Positions 1 through 33,284 of a stretch of DNA of 64,000 nt are shown here, piece by piece. Within the stretch, counting starts at the first letter, position 1. Each line of letters starts with the position of its first letter. The DNA comes from Chrysomallon squamiferum (taxonomy: Eukaryota; Animalia; Mollusca): contig CM022676.1 in NCBI GenBank assembly GCA_012295275.1, positions 15,438,001 through 15,502,000 on the forward strand. The letters run 5' to 3'. The notes under the pieces were generated by a model, which was not told where the DNA came from, did not search any database, and saw only the letters and a list, made by a program, of their open reading frames with translations. The position numbers and the translations under genes were made by a program.

Positions 1-321
1 CTAAATATATGCTAGTATGAAGTTCACATATTTCTATGATACATACAGAGTGTTTGTAAATTAATATTTCTCAGTATGACAACTTGTTTTATCAACACTA
101 TATATTAATATTTGTCTGTGTGGCTGTAAATAGCAAACTGGTGATGCTACTCTGTCACTTTTCATATTTTTTTCTGTTTAATTCTGTATGCATCGTATTA
201 TTTATGGTTTATCAATGTGGTTTTGTTTGACTGTTTCTTCTACGTTTAACTACTGATGTATGAATTATTATTTCTGAAACGTAACAAAACTATTTAAACA
301 TGCCTTATTATTTCTGTGTAG

Positions 322-392
322 GTAACAACCTAGAACAAAGTGGGTCAACTGAACATCATCCGTATGAAGTATTTGGTGTTGATGATAATTGA
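322..392 (+). CDS. Terminal coding exon (copy 1) of an upstream gene, (G)NNLEQSGSTEHHPYEVFGVDDN*; likely receptor cytoplasmic tail
   Basis: Acceptor tttctgtgtag at 311-321, open phase-1 frame to TGA 390-392; identical in copy 2 while the flanks differ. Confidence 0.6.
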
Positions 393-1016
393 CCGAACGA
401 TTGAAATATTCGTTACTAATGCATTTACTTAAAACTGCAACAAATAACTCATTTTAGTGTATGCACACGTACTTATATAACAGCTAAAATACATTTTATC
501 GAAATATATGTATATATATATATTTGTTTTCATACAAGAACTTTACTAGACGTATTTCTCTTAAATGTGGTTTCATACTTGTATTATGTTTATATGAGAA
601 CAATGTAATATGCAATGTATGTTTGTGTACTGTTTATGTTCTAAAATGTTGTGTTTTTCTTTGGATATTTAGAATTAACTGATACTATACAGCATAATTT
701 TATTTGTAGGAAATCTGTAAAACTGTAGTTAGACTGTCTAGTCAAATTCTGATTAATCTATGTCTAGTAAAATTGTGATTAAACTATGTTTTGTAAAATA
801 CTAATTATCTGTATGCATTTACTTCTGAGTAAACTATGTTTAGTGAAAACAACGCAGGCCTTTGATATTTTATGCCAACACATGCATTAATTATCTGCCT
901 TGTTATCGTCTTGTGATGTGAACCCAGAAATTTTTAAAACGAAATTTACTTTAAAGCACACCAACATACTTATTGAACGTTTTATTATTTCTCGTCAAAA
1001 GAAAATACAATAAAAG

Positions 1017-1051
<35 letters not shown>

Positions 1052-1080
1052 GTACTACTACTAATAATACAACAACAAGA

Positions 1081-1126
<46 letters not shown>

Positions 1127-2064
1127 ATAATAATAATAATAAAACAAAATAAAAATAAGAAGTCAGTCATCAGCATTATAACTGATTTCTTTCAATTACT
1201 TACTACAACAGCTCTGTAATCACATTTGTCACATATACTTGCCTGTAGCAGTAATATGTCCTTACCATTTCAACAGCAGTCAAATTTACACCACTTTCTG
1301 CGCTTCTTATATCAGCTGTGTTTATCGCAAGACTGTCGTCTTTAAGTCGGTGCTATTTAAATATTAAGTTATCTATCAGACGCCAAAGACATCAACTAAA
1401 CACTGAATTATATCCGAAATTACTACAACCTGTAAACATAACTGTAACTGGTTGTAGCTGTGTTAAATCGCCAGTCTATACCAAAATATTCCATTTATTT
1501 ACTATAATCAGTTATACATTACACAAACATTCATATGTCATATTTGTCTACATACTAATATATGACTTCATGATTTAAAAAACCAATTAAGTGTGGTTTA
1601 TATATAATACTCTATAGATTTTAAGATAGCAAAGAGTGAAATTAAGAAGAAATAAGCTCACTGTATTAGTAATAATAAGAAAGTAAAATAAACAAAACAC
1701 TAACTATATGTAACTATTACAGTGAGTAATGATGTAGCGTTGTGTAAGTTTTCGTCAGTGTGTGTTGAAATATGTATCTGAATACAACATCTTGAATTAA
1801 AATATAACCATAACACATAACTACATAAACATCTATAACAAATAAACAAGTAAAATATAACTATAACACAAGAATGCACATGAAAAAATTCAAATGGAAG
1901 CAAGTGAACATATTATATATTTAAAATGTAGTTAAAGTCGGAGTTACATTATTGACAAGTATTTTATCTTTCTTTCAGCTTATATTTATTAATGTATTTA
2001 TATATGATGATGATCATCATCATCATCATCATCATCATCTTTCTACTTATTTATTATTGTTGTT

Positions 2065-2121
<57 letters not shown>

Positions 2122-2450
2122 ATTATGATTATTAATAATTCAATTAACTTTCTCGGTTTCCTGTGAAAATACGTATCAATTTTAGACGATAATTTACATT
2201 AACGATATTATCTGGTATACCGTTTTTTGCATTTGACAATACAGCATATTTACTTTCAAATACATAATGACATTCATCTACAAATTTATCAAGATTACAT
2301 ATATGACATTTTCTCTTTTATCTGACAATATTAAATCAGTTTTAACAGTACATCATTTTAGCTAACATTCTTCAAGCATGCAAATTTAAATTAATAATTT
2401 AGTAAGTCATTTACAAATCTTGTCTCTTCCAAACTACAGAAATTTTTCAG

Positions 2451-2492
2451 AACAGCAGTCACCAACATACGAAAATCTTGCTTCTGAACCGG
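2451..2492 (+). CDS. 42-nt internal exon QQSPTYENLASEP(G), Tyr-motif tail
   Basis: Acceptor tttttcag, donor gtaagt at 2493, phase 1-1, joins in frame to the exon at 3097. Confidence 0.6.
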
Positions 2493-3096
2493 GTAAGTGT
2501 AATATTTTCTGAATGTTTATTCGAAGAGGCCTTACTTTATCAAAAGCGCTTTAAATTCTGCAGGTTCAATATGTATTAAGTCTTCTGGCAAGGCAATCAG
2601 GAGAGAATGAAGGAAGTAATGAGTGGACAAATAAAGAAAGGGCATGAAACAGAAGGCCAAAACATATTATGAAATAGTAAAGATATAAAAGGTTGTCATT
2701 TATATATTGGGCTAATAGCGTCAAAGGTTATTTTGTATTACATGATTAACTAATAGAAATAAGTTTAATTGTCTCTTAAGATATGCTAGTATGAAGTTCA
2801 GCATAGTTCTATGATAAATACAGATTGTTTGTAAATTAATATTTCGCAGTATGACAACTTGTTTTATCAGCACTATAGATTAATATTTGTCTGTGTAGCT
2901 GTAAATAGCAAACTGGTGATGCTACTCTGTCACTTTTTATATTTTGTTCTGTTTAGTTCTGTATGCATCATATTATTTATGGTTTATCAATGTGGTTTTG
3001 TTTGACTGTTTCTTCTACGTTTAACTACTGATGTATGAATTATTATTTCTGAAACGTAACAAAACTATTTAAACATGTCTTATTATTTCTGTGTAG

Positions 3097-3167
3097 GTAA
3101 CAACCTAGAACAAAGTGGGTCAACTGAACATCATCCGTATGAAGTATTTGGTGTTGATGATAATTGA
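3097..3167 (+). CDS. Terminal coding exon (copy 2), (G)NNLEQSGSTEHHPYEVFGVDDN*
   Basis: Same acceptor and frame as 322-392; phase-compatible with 2451-2492. Confidence 0.6.
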
Positions 3168-4832
3168 CCGAACGATATTCGTTACTAATGCATTTACTTA
3201 AAACTGCTACAAATAACTCTATTTAGTGTATGCACACGTGCTTATGTAAGAATTAAGATAACAAAAATTCAAAAAAGTAATTTCAGAAATTTCAGTATGC
3301 AAGATAACTAATTATATATCTATATTCCTGCTATATATATATTTGTTTTCATACAAGAACTTTACTAGATATTTTTCTTTTAAATGTGGTTTCATACTTG
3401 TGTTATGTTTATATGAGAACAATTTAATACATAGTGTATGTTTGTGTACTTTTTATGTTCCATAATGTTGTGTTTTTCTTTGGATGTTTAGAATTAACTG
3501 ATACTGTACAGCTTAATTTTATTTGTGGGAAATCTGTAAAACTGTAGTTAGACTGTCTAGTCAAATTCTGATGAATCTATGTCTAGTAAAATTGTGATTA
3601 CACTATGTTTTGTAAAATACTAATTATCTGTATGCATTTACTTCTGATTAAACTATGTTTAGTGAAAACAACGCATGCCTTTGATATTTTATGCAAACAC
3701 ATGCATTAATTGTCTGCCTTGTTATCGTCTTATGTGAATCCACACATTTTTAAAAAGAAATTAATTTTATTATTATGCACAGAACATAAAGCACACCAAC
3801 ATACTTATTGACAGTTTTATTATTTCTGGTCAAAAGAAAATACAATAAAAGTAAATAAATAAATAAATAAATACTACTACTAATAATACAACAACAAGAA
3901 CTACTACTATTACTACTACTACTAATAATAATAACAAATAAAAATAAAAATAAGAAGTCAGTCATGAGCATTATAACTGATTTCATTCAATTACTTACTA
4001 CAACAGTTGTGCAATCACATTTGTCACATAAACTTGCCTGTAGCAGTAATATGTCCTTACCATTTCAACAGCAATCAAATTTACACCACTTTCTGCGCTT
4101 CTTACAACAGTTAAGTTTATCGCAAGACTGTCGTCTTTAAGTCGGTGCTATTTAACTATTAAGTTATCTATCAGACGCCAAAGACATCAACTAAACACTG
4201 AATTATATCCGAAATTACTACAACCTGTAAACATGACTGTAACTGGTTGTACCTGTGTTAAATCTCCAGTCCATACAAAGATATTCCATTAATTTACTGT
4301 AATCAGTTATACAGTACACATACATTCATATGTCATATGTGTCTACATAATAATATTTGACTTCATGTTTTAAAAGACAAATTAAGTGTGGTTTATATAT
4401 AATACTATATAGATTTTAAGATAGCAAAGAGTGAAATTAAGAAGAAATAATCTCACTTTATTAGTAATAATAAGAAAGTAAAATAAACAAAACACTAACT
4501 ATATGTAATTATTACATTGAGTAATGATGTAACGCTGTGTAAGTTTTCGTCAGTGCGTGTTGAAATATGTATCTGAATACATCTTGAATTAAAATATAAC
4601 CATAACAAATAAACAAGTAAAAAATAACTATAACACAAGAATGCACATGAAAAAATTCAAATGACAGCAAGTGAACATATTACATATTTAAAATGCACTT
4701 AAAGTCGGAGTTACATTATTGACAAGTATTTTATGTTTCTTTCAGCTTATATTTATTCATTTATTTATATATGATGATGATCATCATCATAATAATCATA
4801 TTTCTACTTATTTATTATTGTTGTTTTTGTTA

Positions 4833-4894
<62 letters not shown>

Positions 4895-7317
4895 TCAAAT
4901 AACTTTCTCGGTTCCCTGTGAAAATACGTATCAATTTTAGACGATAATTTACATAAACGATATTATCTGGTATACCGTTTTTCGCATTTGACAATACAGG
5001 ATATTCACTTTCAAACAGACAATGATATTCATCTCCAAATTTGTCAACATTAAGAATATGACATTTTCTCTTTTATCTTACAATATTAAATCAGTTTTAA
5101 CAGCAGGTTTAACATGAGACTTCTAATTTTACATAAGACATGAACATTCGCTTGAACAGCGCTATTCTCTGGAGGGATTATTTTTGAATGACTTCACTTT
5201 TTAACGATGCATCTTAAAGCTTATTATTGACATGAGATATATAGAACACAGAACGAAAACTAACGAATAATTACAACAGACTTGATAATCGAGGGTGGTG
5301 TTCCAGATTATTTTACTATTTTAAAAACGTGTGCTTAGTGGTCTAAAGTGAGCGCTTAAAAACTCATCAGTATAGCGATGGTCACTCCATGATATGAGAA
5401 CCCTTTTGACAGAGCGCTTCAAGAATTTCCTAATTTTAATACATGTTTAACATTTTGTATAATTAGTACCCTTGTGAGGAAATATTGTTTTGTCTTTATA
5501 AATTAGGTTCCACGAAAAGGTTATTGTTTTTTATTGAAAAAAAGGTATATCGTCCTAGTTCAGCATAAATCCTTTTAACACTTACTAAATTCTTACACAC
5601 TTTCATATGGAGTTTTCTATTAAATGTAAAAACAATTCTAATTTCAATACATTATTTATTTATTTATTTACTTTTTTATATAATTATTACCCTTTGGAGA
5701 CCTTTCAGTTTATGTTTTTCCCCATTTGTAGATACTGATAATTTAGCATTTTGGATACCGTTTTAAGTAACCATTCAACGCTATGACAGTCGGGATATGT
5801 CCATAAATGGTTTACCGTACAATCATCTAAAATGTACTTTTCCTTCACAAATGCGTCAAAAGGAGAATCGATAACATGCGTTAAAAATATAGTTGTGAGG
5901 AAATTTTGTTTTCACTTTGCAAATTCGGTTCTCCCAAAGTGTTATGATTCTTACGTTTTATAGAAATTCAAAAAGGAATACTTTCTTATTTAACCATAGA
6001 TCATAAAACCAGGTTTACATTCCAAACACATTCGTTTTTTCTGACACCGGTTTGACAGTTAAAGCTGTCAGATAAAAAAACGTTTAGGCACTTAGCCTAT
6101 CGACGAATACCGTTAAACATTAGGCCTAACATTTCCAGTAAATAGCCCTAATCACTGGAGTTTGGTTGCTGTTGTTTGACATTCTGCCTGATAGGAGTTC
6201 TGGCAAACAGTCAAATGGGTTTAATTCTTTGCTACCATCTGTTTAGTGATTCAATTAAATTATTTATTATCATAAGTTTTATAGCTTATTGATATACTAC
6301 GTCAATAATTTAAAAAGAAAGTATTTAACTGAATTGGAAGACTCTGCTTTGCTTGGTCATATATTCTTTGCTTAATTATGCACAGATACGTTTTTATATT
6401 TTCATTAGTATGGTTCTGCTCCATCCACATGTAACCATATCGGAACTCATATAAAGTTTCCCAAATAAAAGTCATCCAATTATTCTTCTATAATATCCAA
6501 TACAATGCTTTGTTCTAATTCATTTCAACCAATATTTAAACATTCTATAAGTAGGCTCATAAACTAATAGGAATCTAAGTGATTCAAAATATACCACCAT
6601 ATCTGTGGTTGACATTTTAACAATTAAAACATTTTTAAGTCTGACCAGCTTTTGATGTAACTCATGTTTAAACTGCATCAATAAATAGAACACTACTTGT
6701 GATATGTTTCGAAATAAATGTGTTAATGCAGCTGTAGTCCATTCTTTTTCATTCAATCATTTTGCGTAATGAATAGACGTTCATTTCAGTCGTTTGGTCT
6801 AATTCCTGGACATTTTAGACATTAGCACAAACGACTGACGATCTTGGACGTTAGACTAAATGCATAAACATTTCAGGCATTAGGACAAATTACTAGTTTA
6901 TAATATTGACTATAATATATACAACATTCAAACACTCTAAAATGGTAGAAATGATTATTAAAATTAAAATTGAATATCAGTTGATGTAAGTAAGATCAAA
7001 TTAAATGCTATATATTAATTGTATTTAATTTATGTGTTTGTTTGCTTACTATGCAGATTAGTTAAAGATAATTTTAAACTGCTGTTTTTCCCGAATGCTT
7101 CAGTATACTGATCTTAGTTTTGTGGAGAAACTCTCCAGCATGTCACATTAAATCTGTCAAGTGTCTGTTTGTTTTCTACGTAGGCCCGATAAAAAATTGT
7201 GTGTTATACACGAGACATACTAAAGTATACTCGTGGGTTATTTGCAAAGATGAAACCTTTTACTGTAGGTTAGAGAAAGGCAGACTATTGTAAGTGACTG
7301 TCACACATTGATAAACT

Positions 7318-7318
<1 letters not shown>

Positions 7319-7391
<73 letters not shown>
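7319..7391. repeat. (GT)n microsatellite
   Basis: Pure GT dinucleotide run. Confidence 0.95.
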
Positions 7392-7395
<4 letters not shown>

Positions 7396-8739
7396 TTTGT
7401 CACAGTTTATTTTAAACAGTACCTACGGAGATAACCAGAAACAATCTAAGCATATTCTGCATACTACCAAACTGTTTTACTTCATTCGCTGTTAGGATAA
7501 TTCCTTGGCATCAGGATTCAGAATGTTCGAGCTCATTTCAACAGCCCTAATTGCTAGAGGGAAAATCCAAAAACTTGGCCCTGTGTAAGAGATTGACAAT
7601 GTCGAAATCTATTTCATGTAACAATGCAAAGAAACGAGGGATACATATGGCTTCATGGGTAATCAGAAATATGTGCATGAAGGATGTTACACAAAAAGTT
7701 AATGGTGAAAAACGAAATAACTTTATTCTGTACAAATAAACGTTTGTCCTTTGGTTAAAGCTGAAATCTATATATAATAGAAGCAATTATAATTTAGATT
7801 GGAAAAGAAGTATAAGTAAAATACTGTTACCTAATTCTGTGTGAATCACGTTACATTTATTCTGCTGACATAAAATAAATAATATATGGTAAACTGCTGT
7901 GATGGTAAAAACATTTTAATTGATGATCAAGATCAAAATGTCAGTTTCATGTCTTAACTAAACATTTAGAAAAATTCAGTTTGATACGAAGGTGATAAAG
8001 GATTTACCAGAATATAATTATCTTATCGGAACTTTGCTAATGCGCGTCCTGAATCAGCTTTACCTCTCAAAGAAAGAATTCAATATCAGACTTTACAACA
8101 CATCAGTCATGAATTCTATTCTTGAAGATATCGCCGTTTGAACGAAAATGACTTTTATAGAAAATATCAAAGGAAATGAAAAAAGAGGACATACTGAAGA
8201 ATTGGGGGTAAAATGTCTTGTTGTGCTAAAGATGATGAATGACGAAGAAAAAAGTGAAAACATTTTTTTGTGACTAGAAAGATCATGAACAGGAATCCCG
8301 AAGTCCCTCATCACCTACAATATAGCAATAACTGGACCTGAAAAACATAACCTAGTAAGAAAATATGAAATTTAATCTTCAGCAAAATTTGAAAATTTTA
8401 CAACTATATAGTTTTCGAAGAATTTCTAGATATATTTAATATCTGTTCATAATTATAATTACAACTGAAGGGATAGGATTATACTAAAAATAAAATTATT
8501 TATTTGTCTAATGGTTAAGGTATTTTCATAATAGCTTCAGAGCTGGCTCAATGTGTGTAGATGTTCATACCAGAATATTCTGTAATTGAATATAAGAAAA
8601 TATGAATTGTTCACATAGAAACACACACATAGACACACATGCACAGTCGCACTCAGTCACTGATAAACACGTACCTGCACAAAATTTTAGCTAACATTTT
8701 TCAAGCATGCAAATTTAAATTAATAATTAAGTAAGTCAG

Positions 8740-8782
<43 letters not shown>

Positions 8783-8944
8783 GTATATAGATAGCTACAT
8801 ACAAAATCAATTTAAATACCATTAATCCGTTCCAGCCCCCAATGTGTTTTGTAATGTGTTTTTTAAATAAGAAAAATATATTTATAAATCACAAATATTG
8901 CACAAAAACAAAATAAATAAATTGGTTTTGTAAAGTTATTTATC

Positions 8945-9427
8945 TTAGAGATCAGAAACATTATTTTAACGCCTTTGGCTGGACTTACAGCCTTTATCGA
9001 CGCCTTCAGCTTCAGCATGATACAAATCTTAGAAGTACTAGGCTTGTACTGCGTTCCCAAGTGGACTACATGCACACGTCACTCATTTTTTTTCTATGAA
9101 TTCAAGCTATAATTCAATGGACATCATCCGCTTCTTCTTCTCAGTACTGTTTCTTCCACTAAATTCTTAGGATCCATGGCCAGAAAAAAGAAATTTGGCA
9201 AAATAATGCAGAAAAGGCGAGCACAACATAACAGAGATGCTTCCGCAGCGAGGTAACCACGTGAAGTAAACGAGTGAGACGTGGGATGCTGGCCAGATGT
9301 TATGTTGTTCGTTGCGCCAATTAGCGGCGGCTTATCTGCAGCTCGCTCGTAACTCGGACTCAAAAAGCAACTGATCGTAAGTGGAAAAACTCGTAAGTTG
9401 GGGCACTCGTAAGTCGAGATACCACTG
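8945..9427 (-). mobile_element. Degenerate 5' end of a pogo/Tigger DNA transposon (TIR plus N-terminal HTH-psq transposase fragment)
   Basis: Minus strand begins TA|CAGTGGTATCTCGACTTACGAG with repeated ACTTACGA motifs; broken frames MDPKNLVEETVLRRR and VVHLGTQYKPSTSKICIMLKLKASIKAVSPAKGVKI resemble Tigger-type transposase N-termini. Confidence 0.75.
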
Positions 9428-9687
9428 TATATTATTCCTATTAGTCTTAATACGGTAATCATAGAGTGTAGGGTGTGTTGTATCTGTGTAGGCTGTTTGT
9501 TTAGTATACATACTTTACAGTTTAAATAAACATTATTATTTTTATTTTCCAGTTAACGAATCCATCTTTAAATAAGTTTCTTATTCTGTATTTAAGTAGG
9601 TTCCCTAACAATTTAGTTTGGTTTATTTTCTATTGTGTAGTTAGAAATATATTTCGGAAATAACTTATAAATAAGAAAAACAAAACA

Positions 9688-9756
<69 letters not shown>

Positions 9757-10204
9757 TATATAATCAAAATAATAAAGCATTTAGTCACTTGAGTCAAGTT
9801 GTGCTGTATCTAGACAGAGAGAAGTGACTTCTTCCAGTTTTTCTAACGTTAACCCTGCATAGCTAAATCTTTCTGTTTACACAGTAGATTTGTTGTAAAC
9901 TCTTCTACGAATTTTGCTTTACAGAGTTCGCTCTGCCATTGCGACAAATTCAATAAGACAATGAAAAATGTGCATCCGGATTAAACAGGATGTTCTTCAT
10001 CAAGGGCTGACAATAGCTGGACGGGACTTGGAAATGGTGTCATTTTACACAGAACTCCAAGTTAGTCAAAGGCCGCTTTTCACAGAGTCCATTGTACATA
10101 CAAGCAAATAAATCGTTAAATAAATGATCATGTCATAAATAATAAATAAATAAATAAATGAAAACAGATTTTCAGCGTCCACAGGAACTAAATAATAATT
10201 GTAT

Positions 10205-10520
10205 TTAAATTCTGAAGATTTTTTTATCGAAATTCTAAAATTCAAACATTTTTTTTCCGAGCAGTCGAAATGTTGATACTCAAATTGTTCGAAAGGTTAT
10301 TTAGACACAATGTCTATTTTAAGAAGGAAATCATTAAAGTTATCATATAAAACATCCTGAGAGCTATCTCTGTAAGCCGTTTATGAAACTGAAATGAAAT
10401 CTGAGTCCTGAATTAAATCTTTGTTTCTGGTTATATTCTCATATCCTAAAATGCGAAAAATTCAGCAGTTCGAAACATTTCCTGTCCTAAGCATTTCAGG
10501 TAATGTATTCTTAACCTACA
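10205..10520 (+). mobile_element. Tigger4/Zombi-like non-autonomous element relic
   Basis: 10440-10520 (cgaaacatttcctgtcctaagcatttcaggtaatgtattcttaacct) resembles the Tigger4/MER46 terminal sequence as I recall it; the left boundary is uncertain. Confidence 0.45.
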
Positions 10521-10639
10521 TTTCTCAGAACGACAGAAGAACGATGAAAGAAAGACAGAATAAAAAAAAGTTTGTATACAAAAGAATAATTATTAAAATT
10601 AATAATAGTAATAGCAGTAGTAGCAGTATAATAATAAGC

Positions 10640-10693
<54 letters not shown>

Positions 10694-11000
10694 GATAAAG
10701 TAGAGACAGAAAGAAAACATAAATACATTGGCAGATTACAGCAGGGAACGTCTGTCCCTAACACCGCTGCTTAATTCTCACCTATGATGGATTTGAAAAT
10801 AATTTGTTTTATAGATTTGTCTACATATATAGAAGTAGCAAAGCTTAATAAAACATAAACAGATGTGATATATCTTCTGTCTGTAGCAAACAGTTGAGAT
10901 TTAATCCTTGTGAACAGATTAGAAATGTGTGTTTTGACCCTTTTCAAGGTTATTTTCACAAACATACAGACAGATAAAAACACAGGCACGAGCGCTGTAA

Positions 11001-11054
<54 letters not shown>

Positions 11055-12778
11055 ATATGCCTAAATATATACATTATATACCTCACCATACAAGTAAAAT
11101 AAGGAATTTTCACAGACTATCCCTTATTTGTCAAGTTTCGAAATGTACATAAATAACACAAACAGAAACAGACACGCACACAGAATAACACATTTTGGTA
11201 CTGAACAATTATTTTCTATTTTGGGAAATAGAACATTGACTCCTAATTATAATTATAGATCTTTTAATCCTGATTTCAGTGAGTTAAATTGTTCCAAAGT
11301 TAAAATTTGTTAATACGTAATTGTTTCATGCCGTCCGCGCAAAACTGCAAATCTAAGACATTTTTAGTTTTGAGGGCCCGTTCTGAAGCTAGGTTGTTTC
11401 TTACAAATCTTGTCTCGTAATATGTCAAACATTTTCAAAATATTCAATCTGATATTTTAATGACGTTGCTAAGTACATTTGCATTGATAGGTCAAGCCAA
11501 AATTGATAAAACCATTCATGTACATTAGATAAGCAATTGCATTACTTCATTTCTGCTTGTATGATAAACACAGTATTTATACGAAATTATTCAGAGTGAA
11601 AATATAGAGATTTGTGAAATATATTTAGAAATGGTAGATTATAAAATCTCAGATATTAACGTTTTAGTTGTGTTAACGGTTTTATTTAACAAGTTCCAGT
11701 TTTCTTAAGCATCATGTTACTATTTTAGTGCTAGTAAAGTCTAAAATGTATTAAACATGATCAGTATCCTTTCCTCCTGACAGCCGGACTCAAAACACTT
11801 TACAATGTGAGTATCTTAACAAAACACGGACAGAAACTGGATGGATAATGAATTACAATATAATAATAGTAATTACAGAAGTGACAAGTATGTTATGTCA
11901 AAGAAAATGGAACACAAGTTGAATTTCGTTTGGATAAGGTTTAAAAAGTGATTTTTGAAATGATGTTTTTGAACATGTTTGAATGTGTTGAGGACTTTAT
12001 AAAACAAACGTCAAAACAAAAAGGAGACTGAAAAAGGAAGTTTTAACTGAGTGACTTACTAATTCATTATTTATTATGTATGCAGTATGTTTCTAACCAA
12101 TTCTGAAAACTGCTTTAGCGGTTCGTCATCGCCTAAACAAAGCTCTAATTATTGACTTATATCAGCAAGTAAAGGCAGTGTATTTACTTATTGTAATTAT
12201 TAACTCTTTGCTCTGTACTGTCCTATGTCATTAATAGAGACTATACAATCTTAAGGTCATATGCATATACACATTATTGCTTTGATAAAATAATATGAAC
12301 TTAGTATGTTGATAAGAAATATGTTTACTGAAATACAATTTCATAAATAAATTTTAACGTGAAAAAAACTAAAATTATGATGATATTATTTATCTTCGTC
12401 ACAACTATAGACATAACAGCATTGTTGAGAAGTTATATATATATTAAATTGCATGAACAATAGTAAGTACTTTACAGCTGTTTCCTTTCTAAAACAATGC
12501 AGCTTGTTGAGAAACGTCATTAGACCCACTTCCTTGTTCTAGGAAAGCTTTGTAGAAATTTCATTGGCTGCTCTAAGAGGAAGAAGACATCATTGCAGAT
12601 AGGGAAGACAATTCAAGAAGTTCGCTTTGAAGTAGTTCGTTATTTTGTTTTTCTTACTGCATTTATTTGTTAGTCATTATTACGACTTGATGTTTGATAT
12701 TATTATTGATATTCACATTGTTATTGTTATTATAATTATAATTATTATTATTATTATTACTACTACTATTGTTATTGC

Positions 12779-12812
<34 letters not shown>

Positions 12813-12882
12813 GTTGTTGTTGTTGTTATTGTTGTTGTTATTATTATTATTATTTCAGATCTTCCACTAGAATCATTCAGAC

Positions 12883-31984
<19,102 letters not shown>

Positions 31985-32131
31985 GTATGCTATTTTTGTT
32001 TTTATTTTATGTTTTTTTCATTTCTTAAACTTCTTGGATTATTTTAAAGTTTACTTTAACGAAAAAAAAAAAAAACACTTTTCAGTGAATAATGCCCGTT
32101 AACTTCTTACTCTTTTTCTTCCACATTGAGA

Positions 32132-32279
<148 letters not shown>

Positions 32280-32812
32280 GTGTTTGTGTGTATGTGGGTA
32301 TCTCTTTGTGAGTATAAAGGTAACTAAAAGACGGCTAGAATCCTCTCCCTTGAATATTTTATAATACAGATACTGGAAAAAGTATTTCTCTATAATGTAT
32401 TGCAATTTATAAATATCCATGTGAAACGGCTGAAGTTTATTTATCAGTCACTGTTGAATTCTCATAGCAGACATATCGTACGGTAATCTGAATTAAATGG
32501 ATATACAACAACAACATTAATTTCGATTATCACGATGCTGAGAAAAATAAATATTTCAAAACGGCAAAATTATTTAGTCCGGTTTCTCTCATGGTGAAAT
32601 TCGAACATGGCGGCCATGTATACATATGAAAGTAAGTGAACTTTAGGCGTACACTGTGTATGTGTTTCCGCATATATACATACATGCATACAGACACAAA
32701 AAAAATCACACAAAAATATAGATACATGTAAGAATGACGAAAGAGAAAGAATGGCGAGCTCCGTGGGAATCTATGATTACCCTGGGTTACAGAGCAACTT
32801 TTATTTAATATT

Positions 32813-33035
32813 GTCTCACGGCGGAGCGGTAACATCGTCCGCCTTCGGTGTTCAGGCGAATGGGTGTCAAACGTTCGACTCTCGTCAGCTGCATCTGACG
32901 GGTGCGTGAGGTCGTGATTGGACTTTGTCCTCCTTCGCCAGTGTGTTCCCGAATATTGTCTAAGTGCGGAATCTATTCACACGAACATATGACACAGAAT
33001 ATTCAGATTATGTATGTATGTATGTGTGTATGTGT
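32813..33035 (+). mobile_element. tRNA-derived SINE, paralogous copy of 18546-18770
   Basis: Collinear match (gagcggtaacatcgtccgccttcggtg...ttcccgaatattgtctaagtg) plus shared downstream flank. Confidence 0.75.
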
Positions 33036-33084
33036 ACATGCGCAAAAACTATCTGGTAATAAGACACTGGAATTTCCTGTTATA

Positions 33085-33284
33085 NNNNNNNNNNNNNNNN
33101 NNNNNNNNNNNNNNNNNNNNNNNNNNNNNNNNNNNNNNNNNNNNNNNNNNNNNNNNNNNNNNNNNNNNNNNNNNNNNNNNNNNNNNNNNNNNNNNNNNNN
33201 NNNNNNNNNNNNNNNNNNNNNNNNNNNNNNNNNNNNNNNNNNNNNNNNNNNNNNNNNNNNNNNNNNNNNNNNNNNNNNNNNNNN
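33085..33284. other. Assembly gap (200 N)
   Basis: Run of n characters. Confidence 1.

Larger units (their letters stand above)
7..5103. repeat. Direct tandem segmental duplication, copy 1 ~7-2348 and copy 2 ~2781-5103 (offset ~2.77 kb)
   Basis: Long near-identical collinear blocks: 7-60 matches 2781-2835, 322-392 matches 3097-3167, and both end at atcagttttaacag (2348 and 5103). Confidence 0.95.

Noticed and set aside
6030-6082. Short imperfect hairpin (ttttttctgaca...tgtcagataaaaaaa)
   Set aside because: Too short and AT-rich to assign; probably a transposon remnant, with no evidence for an ncRNA.
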